Assembly: GCA_947447115.1 (NCBI GenBank)
Contig: CANFKD010000001.1
Coordinates: 286 to 64,285, forward strand
DNA: 64,000 nt
Direction of reading: 5' to 3'
Source of the DNA: Caulobacteraceae bacterium
GTDB taxonomy: Bacteria; Pseudomonadota; Alphaproteobacteria; Caulobacterales; Caulobacteraceae
This document shows, in pieces, positions 25,633 to 35,977 of this stretch. The stretch's first letter is position 1. Each line of letters begins with the position of its first letter. The notes under the pieces were generated by a model, which had not been told where the DNA came from, did no database searches, and was given only the letters and a program-made list of their open reading frames with translations. The position numbers were made by a program, and so were the translations under genes.

Positions 25633-26514
25633 TCAGGCCACAGCGCCCCAACGCCCAGAATCGAGGGCTGCTACATCATCCAAAGCCATATCATCCCAAT
25701 CAAGATCGGGCAGGGGGCTCAGCGCAGCGGCAACAATCGCCGACAGTTCCGCAGCGGTCGTTACCCCCACACTAACCGATGAGGCTTCCGGCCGTGACAG
25801 CGCAAAGCCAAGGGCGGCCTGCAAGGGATCACTTCGACCTTCGGCAATCATGCGTCTAATCCGCGAAAGCCTCGCGGATGCGGCCTGAAGACTATTGGGC
25901 ATCCGATCAGGTGGAAGAAACAAGATACCCTGCAAAAAGATCGACCGTAGCTGAACCTCGATGCCCAGTTCACGGATCTGGGATAAGGTGCCGTCGATGA
26001 GAAGCCTTTGGTCTAGAAGGCTTGCTGGAACCTGGATAATGTCAGGCTTAAACCGCGCCGCTACGCCAAGCGGATCATCCGACGCATAGACCGATATGCC
26101 CACGTTCTTGAATAGACCTTGGTCCCGAAGCGATAACAGCCTTTGCCAAAGCCCCGGTCCGTGGGGACCAAATAGATCACCGGCCTGTTGCACCATAATC
26201 GCATCGGCCTGATGAATTCCAAGCCGCAGCAAGGAGGCTCTAGCCTCTTGCTCGATAAAGTCGGGGCCGCGATCACAGCGCGCCGTCTTGATGACAATTC
26301 GAAAGCCGTTGGGACGCGGCAAATGAGCGCCGACCAGCGCTTCGGCCTGACCAAAGGAAACGGCCGTATCGAGCACGCTAAAACCGGATCGGTCGGCAAT
26401 TTTCAAAATATCGCTGACCTCGGCCTCTAGCGGCCGCCCGCGCGGACTTGGCCCACCGTGGCCGGCGCTAAACTGCGCAGTGCCCAGTCCCAGCTTGGCA
26501 AGCAGAGTACTCAT
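25633..26514 (-). CDS. aldo/keto reductase
   Basis: 293 aa. LGLGTAQFS, LDTAVSFGQAE and the overall (alpha/beta)8 AKR pattern. It ends 64 nt upstream of repA on the same strand. Confidence 0.8.
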   Translation of the reverse strand: MSTLLAKLGLGTAQFSAGHGGPSPRGRPLEAEVSDILKIADRSGFSVLDTAVSFGQAEALVGAHLPRPNGFRIVIKTARCDRGPDFIEQEARASLLRLGIHQADAIMVQQAGDLFGPHGPGLWQRLLSLRDQGLFKNVGISVYASDDPLGVAARFKPDIIQVPASLLDQRLLIDGTLSQIRELGIEVQLRSIFLQGILFLPPDRMPNSLQAASARLSRIRRMIAEGRSDPLQAALGFALSRPEASSVSVGVTTAAELSAIVAAALSPLPDLDWDDMALDDVAALDSGRWGAVA

Positions 26515-26573
26515 CTGGCCTCGTTTGTCGCTTTGTCGACATTCAACAAGACAGACTAGTCCCAGATTGCTTA

Positions 26574-27656
26574 ATGAAGCTGTATCGTGATGCTGTTTCT
26601 TGGAGCCCGTTTGGCCCCATAATCAAAAGGTCGTTTGTCTTGACCCTTAAGTCTGAACCGCGGACAGATCCGAGCCTGCCCGATTGGCCCGACTATGGAC
26701 TGCTAGAGGATATGCGCGGACCATTGTTTGCCGCCTTGGGTAAGGGGCGTGCCGTTGTGCTCGCTACGCTCTTTCGTGTTGAGGGCGGCGGCCCGCGTCC
26801 TGAGGGCACCCAGATGGTGTTCACCCTGCCGCCGGAGGGTCCGTTAGAGGTTCATGGCTTCATGTCAGGCGGCTGTGTCGAGGCGGATGTCGCGCGTCAT
26901 GCCTTGGCGGTCATGGTCTCAGATGTGCCAATGAGGCTGGTCTATGGTCCGTCCAGCCCATGGCCCGATATCCGGCTCCTATGCGGTGCCGAGATTGAAA
27001 TTCTGTTGGAACGGATATCACCGGGCGATCTCGCGGCGCAGGGTCTCGAGCAGGCCTATCTAAACCGTCAGTCAGGTGTTTGGATCAGTGATGGAACCAT
27101 GCGCCGCTTTGATCTCGGAACCACATCGCGAGCGTGCCACTGGTCGTCTGAGCCCTTTGGCGTGGCCCGCGCCTATGATCCCGTTCCAAGACTGATCGTT
27201 GTCGGATCTGACCCTACGGCCCTCGCTATTGCTAGCGTCGGCGTAACGGCGGGGTTTCAAACCTGGTTGAACCGTCCAAAGGGTCCAGCTTCTGCTCCGC
27301 CAGTTTTTGGGCTGGGCTATTTGCGGCAGGACCCAGAGGCGGCACTGAAAGAGATCGGCCTGGATCCTTGGACCTATGTCGCGATCGCAAGTCACGACGC
27401 AGATACAGACCATCCAGCCCTCGTTACGGCCCTGAAGTCATCGGCTGCCTATGTCGGCCTCTTGGGCGCGCGGCGCAGATTACCAGAACGTCTGGCCGCC
27501 CTTAAGGCTGCCGGAGTTACGAACGAAGCGATCGCGCAGCTTCACGCCCCGATTGGCATGGACTTAGGGGGCAAGGCCCCCTGGGAGGTCGCCATCAGCG
27601 TGCTGGGCGAAATGATCCACAAGCGCCGGATGACTAAGACGTCAAAGGCGGTTTAG
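26574..27656 (+). CDS. XdhC/CoxI-family molybdoenzyme maturation protein
   Basis: An N-terminal XdhC_CoxI-like segment (AVVLATLFRVEGGGPRPEGTQMVF) and a C-terminal Rossmann-like segment (RLIVVGSDPTALAIA, IASHDADTDHPAL, YVGLLGARRR). The start codon is uncertain. Confidence 0.8.
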   Translation: MKLYRDAVSWSPFGPIIKRSFVLTLKSEPRTDPSLPDWPDYGLLEDMRGPLFAALGKGRAVVLATLFRVEGGGPRPEGTQMVFTLPPEGPLEVHGFMSGGCVEADVARHALAVMVSDVPMRLVYGPSSPWPDIRLLCGAEIEILLERISPGDLAAQGLEQAYLNRQSGVWISDGTMRRFDLGTTSRACHWSSEPFGVARAYDPVPRLIVVGSDPTALAIASVGVTAGFQTWLNRPKGPASAPPVFGLGYLRQDPEAALKEIGLDPWTYVAIASHDADTDHPALVTALKSSAAYVGLLGARRRLPERLAALKAAGVTNEAIAQLHAPIGMDLGGKAPWEVAISVLGEMIHKRRMTKTSKAV

Positions 27657-28844
27657 CCGCAAGATTTGCACCAATGAGCCCACTTCTAGCCCGCCGCATT
27701 GGGCTGGTTGGCAAATCAGGGCGTCGGCCTTGGCAAAGACGCTGATCAATGACGAATCTTGATCGCGGAAGGGGGTGGCGACGATCATTCCAAGCCGATT
27801 TTCGAGTTTGGCTCTCATCCAGTGCTCACGGGGCCCATTTGAGGGCAGGGGCGTGGCTAGCTGAGCCTGTTCCATGGCTGGACCCGGGTCCAGCCCCAGC
27901 ATGGCATTGACCAAGGGTCTCAGGAAAAGCTCGGCGCACACCAGCGCAGAAGCAGGATTGCCCGGAAGTCCTAAAACAAGCCGACCGTCCCCCAAGGTTC
28001 CAAACCAGGTCGGCTTCCCCGGGCGCAGGGCTATGGTCTCGACCGAAAGTTCCAATCCAAGCTTCACCATGGCGGGCTTAACCAGATCATGATCCCCCAC
28101 CGAAGCGCCGCCGAGGGTGACGATCAGATCGACATCAAGATCACGAACCGACGCTGCGATCGCGTCAGCATCATCGACGGCTGAATGGAGGCGAATGGCT
28201 TTCGCACCCCAACTGTCCAAGAGGGCGCAGACCGCTGGACTGCCCGAATTATAGATCTGGTCGAGACTAGGGATCTGGCCTGGCTCAACGAGCTCATTGC
28301 CGGTCGACAAAACCGCCACGCGGGGCATTTGAATCACCGTTAGGGACGAGGTGCCCGCCGATGCTGCCAAGGACAGACGCCAAGCATCCAGCCTTGCCCC
28401 CGTCTCGAGAAGGACCGCTCCCGACTGAAAATCACCGCCCTGCGCGCGGATATTGGCGCCCTGTCCCGTCAGCGGACCAAGGAGGGCCATATCGCCGTCA
28501 CGCTGCACATTTTCTTGAATAACCACATGGTCGCAATCGTCAGGAACCGGCGCGCCGGTAAAGATGCGCACGGCTTGACCTGGCAAGACCGCGCCCTTGA
28601 AGGCCATGCCTGCTGCACTCTCTCCCATCACCCGAAGTTTGGCCGGGTTATCAAGGGCGTCAGCGGCCCGAAGGGCATAGCCATCCATAGCCGAAGCCCG
28701 AAAGGGCGGTTGATCACGCTGCGCCACAACCGGTTCTGCCAAAACGCGCCCATAGGCCTGACTTTGGCTGACCGTCTCAGGGTCCATAATGCTGGCCTTG
28801 GCCAAAATCCGTTGCCGCGCCTCTTGAGCCGCAAGATTTTTCAT
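27642..28844 (-). CDS. moeA: molybdopterin molybdotransferase
   Basis: 400 aa with the MoeA pattern (PPFRASAMDGYA, TGNELV, GGASVGDHD, GLPGNPAS). Confidence 0.9.
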   Translation of the reverse strand: MKNLAAQEARQRILAKASIMDPETVSQSQAYGRVLAEPVVAQRDQPPFRASAMDGYALRAADALDNPAKLRVMGESAAGMAFKGAVLPGQAVRIFTGAPVPDDCDHVVIQENVQRDGDMALLGPLTGQGANIRAQGGDFQSGAVLLETGARLDAWRLSLAASAGTSSLTVIQMPRVAVLSTGNELVEPGQIPSLDQIYNSGSPAVCALLDSWGAKAIRLHSAVDDADAIAASVRDLDVDLIVTLGGASVGDHDLVKPAMVKLGLELSVETIALRPGKPTWFGTLGDGRLVLGLPGNPASALVCAELFLRPLVNAMLGLDPGPAMEQAQLATPLPSNGPREHWMRAKLENRLGMIVATPFRDQDSSLISVFAKADALICQPAQCGGLEVGSLVQILRLNRL

Positions 28845-29362
28845 CAGGAAGCCTCGTCGGGAGCCCGTAGGAAATCTCCAGAGGCACCGCCGGTCTTGCT
28901 GACCAGCCGGACATCTTCGATGGTCATGGCCTTATCGGCCGCCTTCAGCATGTCATAGAGCGTCAGGCATGCCACCGAAACGGCGGTCAGCGCCTCCATC
29001 TCCACCCCCGTTGGCCCCGTGGTCCGCACACGGGCCACAACGCCCAATCCAATGCCGGGAACCTCGTTCACCTCGACGACGACCTTTGACAGGGCCAGAG
29101 GGTGACAGAGGGGGATCAGATCGGCGGTCCGCTTTGCCGCCATTACGCCAGCCAGCTCTGCGGTCGCCATCACTTCGCCCTTGCGGCCTCCGCCCGCTAA
29201 GGCCAGTGCTAAGGTTTGAGGGGCCATGCGAATGCGCCCCTCAGCCACCGCCTCGCGCAGGGTTTGGGCCTTGTGCGAAACATCAACCATCCGCGCGCGG
29301 CCGTTGGCATCTATGTGGGTCAGGGAATGGGCGGGCGTGTCAGCCATCGGATCAGCGCTCAT
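28844..29362 (-). CDS. moaC: cyclic pyranopterin monophosphate synthase
   Basis: [25 protein letters not shown] and [23 protein letters not shown]. Confidence 0.92.
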   Translation of the reverse strand: MSADPMADTPAHSLTHIDANGRARMVDVSHKAQTLREAVAEGRIRMAPQTLALALAGGGRKGEVMATAELAGVMAAKRTADLIPLCHPLALSKVVVEVNEVPGIGLGVVARVRTTGPTGVEMEALTAVSVACLTLYDMLKAADKAMTIEDVRLVSKTGGASGDFLRAPDEAS

Positions 29363-29906
29363 TCAATCGCGGCATCAGTTCGACCAGATTGCAGGGCTTG
29401 TGACGGCTATCGAGTTGCGCGGCGATAACCTTGTCCCACCCATCCTTGACCGCCCCGTTAGAGCCCGGAAGGCAAAAGACAAAGACCCCGCCGACGATCC
29501 CCGCCAAGGCCCGGCTTTGCAAGGTCGAGAGGCCAACGGTCTGGGTGCTGACCATGTGAAAGACGACCGAAAACCCTTCGATCCGCTTGTCGAACAGGGG
29601 CTCAATCGCCTCGGGCGTCACGTCGCGGCCCGTCAGGCCGGTGCCGCCGGTCGAGACAATCGCATCGACCTCGCCAGAGGCGACCCAAGCCAAGACCTTG
29701 GCGCGGATGGCGCTTCGATCATCGGGCACGAGGGCGCGGGCCGCCAGCACATGACCCGCATCGCTAACCCGGCTAGCCAATAGATCGCCCGAGCTATCGC
29801 TTTCCTCGTCGCGGGTATCGGAGACGGTGAGCACGGCCACGCGCACGGGAACCTTGGTCAGGGTCTCATCAATGCGGCCACCAAAGCCAGCGGGGAGGGT
29901 GGTCAT
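29352..29906 (-). CDS. moaB: molybdenum cofactor biosynthesis protein B (MogA/MoaB family)
   Basis: [26 protein letters not shown] and LPGSNGAV. The longest ORF starts at 29939; an internal ATG at 29906 lies 13 nt after the moaE stop. Confidence 0.85.
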   Translation of the reverse strand: MTTLPAGFGGRIDETLTKVPVRVAVLTVSDTRDEESDSSGDLLASRVSDAGHVLAARALVPDDRSAIRAKVLAWVASGEVDAIVSTGGTGLTGRDVTPEAIEPLFDKRIEGFSVVFHMVSTQTVGLSTLQSRALAGIVGGVFVFCLPGSNGAVKDGWDKVIAAQLDSRHKPCNLVELMPRLNER

Positions 29907-29919
29907 AGCTGTAACATCC

Positions 29920-30381
29920 TTACTTAGGTGTTTGGTCACGGGTCCAACGCGTTAGGTCTTGATAGTCGGCTTGGCGCGGCTCGATCCAGCGGGCACCGTC
30001 TGGTCCGTGCTCTTTTTTCCAAAAGGGCGCACGGCTTTTCAAATGGTCCATCAAAAAATCAGCGCCTTCGAAGGCTTGACGACGATGGGCAGCGGCGGTC
30101 GCCACAAAGACGATAGCCTCACCGGGCAGGATCGAACCGACGCGGTGAATGACCCTGACACCACTGAGGCTGAAGCGGGTGCGGGCCTCTTCAATGAGGG
30201 TCTCAATCCAAGGCTCGGTAAAGCCGAGATAGGCTTCGAGCTCGAGCATCTGGGTCTTGCCGTTATCCATTCGTGCAATACCGGTGAAGCTCACCACGCC
30301 GCCCGCATCGGGCAGAGCTTGCGTAAAGGCGCTTAACGCCGCCCCCGCGTCAAAGACTCCAGTCTGGACCGTGACCGACAT
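29920..30381 (-). CDS. moaE: molybdopterin synthase catalytic subunit
   Basis: GVVSFTGIAR, LELEAY, HRVG and PFWKKE. It shares a stop/start junction with moaD. Confidence 0.9.
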   Translation of the reverse strand: MSVTVQTGVFDAGAALSAFTQALPDAGGVVSFTGIARMDNGKTQMLELEAYLGFTEPWIETLIEEARTRFSLSGVRVIHRVGSILPGEAIVFVATAAAHRRQAFEGADFLMDHLKSRAPFWKKEHGPDGARWIEPRQADYQDLTRWTRDQTPK

Positions 30382-30623
30382 TATCCGCCGCTCATCGGGG
30401 GCAGGAACGCGATCTCGGTTTGGGCCGATAGGCTGACATTGCCACGAACCAAAGCCTTATCGACGGCAAACTGAACGCCAGGACCGCTGATGGCTTCTGC
30501 AAGATCGGGATAGAGACGGGCGATGTGAGACCGTAGGCCATCAAGGTCGCTCACGCCCTCAAAAATCTGCTCTCGCCATCCGGCGAGGTCTCTCAGTGCA
30601 CCAAATAGCAGGACGCGGGCCAT
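30381..30623 (-). CDS. moaD: molybdopterin synthase sulfur-carrier subunit
   Basis: 80 aa with a ubiquitin-like size, ending in the obligatory C-terminal GG (PPMSGG). Confidence 0.8.
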   Translation of the reverse strand: MARVLLFGALRDLAGWREQIFEGVSDLDGLRSHIARLYPDLAEAISGPGVQFAVDKALVRGNVSLSAQTEIAFLPPMSGG

Positions 30624-30626
30624 CGC

Positions 30627-31667
30627 CTAGCCCCCGGTCCGAGACATGTGGCGCGCCAAGGTGGGGGCAGAGCCCTCGCTAATCTGGAAGTCATGGCCCT
30701 CTGGTTTACCCGCAATGGCCAGCCTAATGGCCTTTTCTAAGCCGTAAAGGCCATTGGGGCCGCGCAGCACCGCGCGAAGGTCCATCTCGTCCTCATGGCC
30801 AAGACAGGTGTGCAGAACGCCCGTGCAGGTCAGGCGAACCCGGTTACAGGCTTCACAAAAGGTGTGGGACATGGGGGTGATCAAGCCCAGCCGCCCGCCG
30901 GTCTCTTCGATCCGGACATAGCGCGCCGGTCCGCCGGTCTGCAGAGGAATATCGGTCAGGGTCCAAAAGGAGGACAGGGTCTCGCGAACCTTGGCCAGCG
31001 ACAGGAACTGTGAGGTCCGGTCCTCACCCGTATCACCGAGCGGCATGGTCTCGATCAGGGTCAGGTCATAGCCCCGGCCATGGGCCCAAGAGATCATGTC
31101 GGGAATTTCGTCTTCGTTCGTGTCCTTTAAGGCCACGACATTGATCTTTACGGCAAGACCTGCCGCATCGGCCGCATCAAGGCCCGCCATGACCTGAGCC
31201 AGATCCCCGCCCCGCGTCAGGCTTTTAAAGAGGACCGGGTCGCGGGTGTCTAACGACACATTGATCCGCTTGACACCAAACCGGACCAGATCCTTCGCAA
31301 ACTGGGCCAGACGGGTGCCGTTGGTGGTGAGGGTCAACTCTTCGAGCGCGCCCGTTTTGAGATGCCGCGAAAGGCTCTCAACCAGACCCATAAAGCCCTT
31401 GCGCACGAGTGGCTCGCCGCCTGTCAGTCGAAGCTTTTTGACCCCAAGCCCAACGAAGCTCGACGCGATCTGGTCCAGTTCCTCAAGGGTTAGCACCTCG
31501 GCCTTGGGCAAGAAAACCATATGCTCAGCCATGCAATAGACACAGCGAAGATCACAACGATCTGTCACGGAAACGCGCAAATAGCGCACCGTCCGGCCAA
31601 ACCCGTCGATCAGGGTTGGACCAGTTGCGGCGGGCTTAGAATGGTGCGCGACATCAAAGGGGGTCAT
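30627..31667 (-). CDS. moaA: GTP 3',8-cyclase (radical SAM)
   Basis: [16 protein letters not shown] (CxxxCxxC), LTGGEPL, and the C-terminal auxiliary cluster [13 protein letters not shown]. Confidence 0.93.
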   Translation of the reverse strand: MTPFDVAHHSKPAATGPTLIDGFGRTVRYLRVSVTDRCDLRCVYCMAEHMVFLPKAEVLTLEELDQIASSFVGLGVKKLRLTGGEPLVRKGFMGLVESLSRHLKTGALEELTLTTNGTRLAQFAKDLVRFGVKRINVSLDTRDPVLFKSLTRGGDLAQVMAGLDAADAAGLAVKINVVALKDTNEDEIPDMISWAHGRGYDLTLIETMPLGDTGEDRTSQFLSLAKVRETLSSFWTLTDIPLQTGGPARYVRIEETGGRLGLITPMSHTFCEACNRVRLTCTGVLHTCLGHEDEMDLRAVLRGPNGLYGLEKAIRLAIAGKPEGHDFQISEGSAPTLARHMSRTGG

Positions 31668-31747
31668 GATAGGCTCAACATAGGCTGTCTTTGCTCTTGT
31701 CCCAAGTCTTACGCGGTCTCAAGTGAAGAATTGGGTCTGTTTCGATA

Positions 31748-32359
31748 TTGAGGATCTATCGCGTGCGTGCCGCTAAACCCTTGAGCGCCCTTATTCTTGC
31801 GGCTGGCCAATCGCGCCGGTTCGGCGGCGGTAAGCTGCGGGCCCTTTGGAACGCAAGGCCTTTGATCCTTTGGGCCCTAGAAGCCGCCTTGGCCGCGCCC
31901 GTGACCGAGGTGATTTTGGTTTGGGGCGGCGATCCTCTGATCTTGCCCCTATTGCCGCCCGATCCGCGCCTGAAGATGGTCTATTGCCAAGACCATCTGC
32001 AGGGCATGGGAGCGTCATTGGCGGCCGGTCTGAAGGCTATCGATCCGACCAGCACTGGAGCCTTTGTCTTTTTAGGCGACATGCCCCGTGTTCCCGCCGA
32101 ACTGACGTCCAATATGGCCGAGGCCCTTGGGGGTGAGGTCAAGGCTGTCGCCCCGCAGTTTGAGAGTCAACGCGGCCATCCTGTCCTTTTGTCGGCTGCC
32201 CTATTTCCCAAACTCCTGACGCTGAAGGGCGATCAAGGGGCCGGTGCAGTGCTCAAAGACCTTGGTGAGGGCCTGATCTTGGTGCCGGTGCCGGACGACG
32301 GATGCCTGTTTGACATCGATCGCCCGGACGATTTGGACGCACCGATGCTTAGGCCTTAA
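31748..32359 (+). CDS. mocA: MobA-like nucleotidyltransferase, probable molybdenum cofactor cytidylyltransferase
   Basis: [16 protein letters not shown] motif. It lies next to an IorAB/XDH-family enzyme and XdhC. The true start may be the GTG near 31763. Confidence 0.7.
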   Translation: MRIYRVRAAKPLSALILAAGQSRRFGGGKLRALWNARPLILWALEAALAAPVTEVILVWGGDPLILPLLPPDPRLKMVYCQDHLQGMGASLAAGLKAIDPTSTGAFVFLGDMPRVPAELTSNMAEALGGEVKAVAPQFESQRGHPVLLSAALFPKLLTLKGDQGAGAVLKDLGEGLILVPVPDDGCLFDIDRPDDLDAPMLRP

Positions 32360-34526
32360 CGAAGGGCAGGCTTGCCGTAGCCTTGCCGGTTAGGACCAGC
32401 AGCGCGTTGGCAACGGCCGGCGCAATGACCGGTGTGCCCGGTTCGCCCGCGCCCGTCGGATTAGCACCCGATGCTACAATATAGGTCTCAACCGTGGGCG
32501 CTTCATTGTGTCGAAGCACGCGGTAACCATCAAAATTGCGTTGTTCGACCGTACCGTCCTTGAGAGTGATGGCCCCAAACAGAGCCGCTGAGAGGCCATA
32601 GACGATGCCGCCTTCCATCTGAGCAGCAACCTGGTCAGGAGAGATGGCAATACCGCAATCGACGGCGCAGACGACCCGGCCAACGCAAGGCTCGCCGTCT
32701 TTCATCGTCACTTCAGCGACTTGAGCCACGACCGAGCCAAAACTTTCATGGACGGCGATACCGCGAGCCGTTCCGGCTGGAAGGGCAGAGCCCCAGCCCG
32801 ACTTCTCAATGGCCAGTTCCAACACCGCGAGGTGGCGATCCGCACCGGCCTTCTTGTAGAGGGCGCGGCGATAGTCGACCGGATCGATCTTGGCCTTGGC
32901 CGCCAACTGGTCGATGACATGTTCCATGACAAAGGCGGTATGGGTCGCGCCCACCGAGCGCCACCAAAGGACGGGCACCGGGGAGTCGGCGAGGGCCACA
33001 TGGCCGTCAACCACGGGGGTCGCCTTCAGGTAAGGAGACCCAAGCGCACCTTCCACCGCCGAGGCGTCGAACTTGCCTTGCGGCATTGGAACGCCCTTCA
33101 TGACCGATTGGGTCACGACGGTATGGCGCCAAGCGGCAGGATAGCCATCTGCTCCGACCTTGATCGCCACGTCATGGCGAACCATGGGCCGGTAACGGCC
33201 GCCGGTCATATCGTCCTCGCGGTCCCACACCAGTTTCACCGGCCTGAAGCCGCCGATCTTTTTGGCAATAAGAGCGCATTCAACGACATATTCAGCCGAG
33301 GGGCTGGCACGGCGACCAAAGGATCCGCCTGCAAACAGGGTTTCGATCTCAATAGCGCCGGGCAAAACGCCGAGCGCCATGCCAACGGCGGTTTGGTCCA
33401 TGGTCGTGCCTTGGCAGCCATAGGTCAGCTTGACCTTTTGACCGTCGACCTGAGCGACACAGTTCAACGGCTCCATCGACGCATGAGACAGGTAGGGGAA
33501 GTCGAACCCAAAATTGGTCAGATCGCCGCTAAAGCCTGTGGCCACATCGCCATGCACGTCAAAGGGCTTGGAGCCTTCGCGCGCTGCCGAAATCTTCTTA
33601 TATTCCTCAACGATTGCAGCGGTGCTGCGCTTTTCGGCCTTGGCATCGTCCCAGGTCACCTGGAGGGCGTCGCGGCCCTTCTTGGCGGCCCAAGTGTTTT
33701 GCGCAACCACGGCAACGCCTGAGCTGATCTTGAAGACCTGGACCACGCCCTTGACCTTGAGGGCCTCGCTATCGTCAAAACTCTTCACCTTGGCCCCAAA
33801 CAGCGGCGCATGGGCAACCATGGCCGTCAGCATGTCGGGCATATGGATGTCTTGGGTATAGACCGCCGTACCGTCGCTCTTAACTTGGCTGTCCTTGCGG
33901 CGAACCGCTTGGGTGCCGATGAGGGTGAAAGTCTTTGGGTCCTTCAAGACGGGCTCAGCGGGCGGCGTGATCTTGCCCGCATCGGCGAGCAGGTCGGCAA
34001 AGGTCGCGCTCTTGCCTGACGGGTGAGAAACGACCCCGCTCTTAACGCTGACTTCAGCGGCGGGAACCGCCCATTTAGCGCTAGCGGCATTGACGAACAT
34101 GGCGCGGGCACCTGCGCCTGCCTTGCGAAGCTGCATCCAGCTATTGGCAATGGCGGTCGAGCCGCCGGTGCCTTGGGCCCCCATCAGCAGGTTGCCATAG
34201 ACCTTTACGTTGGCAGCTGACTGCTCGACCTTGACGGTGCTCCAGTCGGCATCGAGCTCTTCGGCAACGATGGCAGCAAGTCCAGCATGGGTGCCTTGGC
34301 CAAACTCGATATGTTTGGAAATGACGGTTACGGCGCCATCAGCACCGATCTTGATGAAGGGACCAAAGGCCCCAAAATCCAGCTTCTTGGCCCCGAGGTT
34401 CAACAGGTCCATGGGCGAACAGCCGACCAGAAGGGCGCTGCCAGTGACGAGGGCACCGACCACGAGGTCGCGGCGGGTAGGGGCAAGACCAGTACGGTCG
34501 CCGGAAAGCTTGGTTTGAATGTTCAT
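32349..34526 (-). CDS. xanthine dehydrogenase-family molybdopterin-binding subunit (IorB / aldehyde oxidoreductase large subunit type)
   Basis: 725 aa. It has a Tat-like leader with a lipobox-like Cys ([20 protein letters not shown]), then [21 protein letters not shown] and other XDH-family blocks. Confidence 0.9.
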   Translation of the reverse strand: MNIQTKLSGDRTGLAPTRRDLVVGALVTGSALLVGCSPMDLLNLGAKKLDFGAFGPFIKIGADGAVTVISKHIEFGQGTHAGLAAIVAEELDADWSTVKVEQSAANVKVYGNLLMGAQGTGGSTAIANSWMQLRKAGAGARAMFVNAASAKWAVPAAEVSVKSGVVSHPSGKSATFADLLADAGKITPPAEPVLKDPKTFTLIGTQAVRRKDSQVKSDGTAVYTQDIHMPDMLTAMVAHAPLFGAKVKSFDDSEALKVKGVVQVFKISSGVAVVAQNTWAAKKGRDALQVTWDDAKAEKRSTAAIVEEYKKISAAREGSKPFDVHGDVATGFSGDLTNFGFDFPYLSHASMEPLNCVAQVDGQKVKLTYGCQGTTMDQTAVGMALGVLPGAIEIETLFAGGSFGRRASPSAEYVVECALIAKKIGGFRPVKLVWDREDDMTGGRYRPMVRHDVAIKVGADGYPAAWRHTVVTQSVMKGVPMPQGKFDASAVEGALGSPYLKATPVVDGHVALADSPVPVLWWRSVGATHTAFVMEHVIDQLAAKAKIDPVDYRRALYKKAGADRHLAVLELAIEKSGWGSALPAGTARGIAVHESFGSVVAQVAEVTMKDGEPCVGRVVCAVDCGIAISPDQVAAQMEGGIVYGLSAALFGAITLKDGTVEQRNFDGYRVLRHNEAPTVETYIVASGANPTGAGEPGTPVIAPAVANALLVLTGKATASLPFVKA

Positions 34527-34537
34527 GGGGCTCTGCC

Positions 34538-34993
34538 TTATGCCGACATGGTCGCGGCGGCGTCTTTGATCGCCGCGCGAATACGTTGATAGGCGCCGCA
34601 GCGACAGACATTGCCAGTCATGGCGGCGGCAATGTCGGCATCGGTCGGACGAGGCGTCTTAGCCAAGAGGGCGGCGGCGGCCATGATCTGACCGGACTGA
34701 CAATAGCCGCACTGGGGCACGTCATGCTTGACCCAAGCGGCCTGCAAGGCGTGCTCGCCGCCAAGGCCCTCAATGGTGGTGATTTTGACCCCCGCTAGCG
34801 CTTCGATGGGGGTAGAGCAAGAGCGGATCGGCTGGCCATCAGCATGGACCGTACAGGCCCCGCACTGGGCAATGCCGCAGCCAAACTTTGAGCCCGTCAT
34901 CTTCAGTTCGTCACGAAGGACCCACAGCAGCGGGGTGTCGGCTTCGGCCTCGACCTGAAGGGTCTCGCCGTTTATTTCGAGCGCGATAGACAT
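34538..34993 (-). CDS. (2Fe-2S)-binding small subunit (IorA type)
   Basis: 151 aa with two cluster motifs, [11 protein letters not shown] and CGYCQSG...CRCG. Confidence 0.9.
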   Translation of the reverse strand: MSIALEINGETLQVEAEADTPLLWVLRDELKMTGSKFGCGIAQCGACTVHADGQPIRSCSTPIEALAGVKITTIEGLGGEHALQAAWVKHDVPQCGYCQSGQIMAAAALLAKTPRPTDADIAAAMTGNVCRCGAYQRIRAAIKDAAATMSA

Positions 34994-35104
34994 ACGCGTT
35001 CGTCTCCCTGATGTTATGGATGGCCACTATAGGCGCTTCGCAAGGTTTGATCTTAACGCTGCTTAGGTCGATCTGCGACCTAAAATATAATTGGATATAC
35101 AAAT

Positions 35105-35977
35105 ATGGACGCCTTTCCCGCCTTTTTCCCCTTGAGGGGCAAGACGGTGATCATTGCCGGCGAGGGCGAAGGGGCCCTTGCCAAGGCTAGGTTGTTTGAA
35201 AATTCACCTGCGACGGTGCAGATCGTGGCCGGTTCGCAGGCCTATGATGCGAGCACCTACAGCCAAGCCGTTTTGGTCTTTGTGGCTCATCCCGACGAGG
35301 CCTTTTGCCTAAAGGCGGCGGCGGCCGCGCGGCAAGCCGGAGTTCCGGTCAATGTGGTCGACCGACCAAGTCGGTGTGACTTCACCACGCCCGCCCTGAT
35401 CGATCGCGGTGAGGTGGTCGCGGCCATCGGCACGGGCGGCTCTGCCCCCCTGTTGGCCAGTCTCTTGCGCGCTGATATTGAGGCCCGAATTCCGCTCGGG
35501 GTCGGCCAGGTGGCAGGCCTCCTTCGCCAGATGCAGGGCGAGATCCGCGCGGCCCTGCCCGATCTGGTCATGCGCCGGGCCTTTATGCGCCGGGTCGTTA
35601 ATGGTCCGGTTGCCGATTTGGCCATGGCCGGAGAGGGAGCGCGAGCCGAGGCGGCGCTTTTGGCTGAATTGGCTCAAGGCTCGGACCTGTCTGGAAAGCT
35701 CTTTGCCATTGTGGGCGAAGGCCCCGCCGATCTTCTAACGCTTCGCGCAGCGCGAGTGCTGTCGGAGGCCGATGTTCTGGTAGAGGGGCAAGGTGCCGAT
35801 CCAGCCATAGCCATCCTAGCCCGACGCGATAGCCAACGTCTGATGGCCACAGATGTGGACATACAAGCCCTAAAAGACCTGCTCGCACAGGGCCTTCAGG
35901 TGGTTTTGATCGGCAAAGAGGCCATCGGGAGGGCGCAAGGTCTCGATGTAGAAACCTTGCCCGCCGCCTTATCTTAA
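35105..35977 (+). CDS. siroheme synthase N-terminal-like protein (precorrin-2 dehydrogenase/ferrochelatase family) with a truncated, degenerate methyltransferase-like tail
   Basis: FFPLRGKTVIIAGEGEGALAKARLF, VNVVDRP..CDF..PA and IGTGGSAPLLA resemble CysG-B. The C-terminal ~90 aa (GKLFAIVGEGPADLLTLRAARVLSEADVLV) resemble only the first part of a SUMT domain. Confidence 0.65.
   Translation: MDAFPAFFPLRGKTVIIAGEGEGALAKARLFENSPATVQIVAGSQAYDASTYSQAVLVFVAHPDEAFCLKAAAAARQAGVPVNVVDRPSRCDFTTPALIDRGEVVAAIGTGGSAPLLASLLRADIEARIPLGVGQVAGLLRQMQGEIRAALPDLVMRRAFMRRVVNGPVADLAMAGEGARAEAALLAELAQGSDLSGKLFAIVGEGPADLLTLRAARVLSEADVLVEGQGADPAIAILARRDSQRLMATDVDIQALKDLLAQGLQVVLIGKEAIGRAQGLDVETLPAALS

Noticed and set aside
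31668-31747. A Moco riboswitch upstream of moaA.
   Set aside because: The moaA-mocA intergenic region is only 80 nt, too short for the Moco RNA motif of about 130-150 nt, and I could not fold a convincing multi-stem structure.
32721-33722. A 333-aa plus-strand ORF inside the molybdoenzyme large-subunit gene.
   Set aside because: It lies fully inside a 725-aa minus-strand gene that has clear XDH-family motifs. It is a typical GC-rich antisense open frame.
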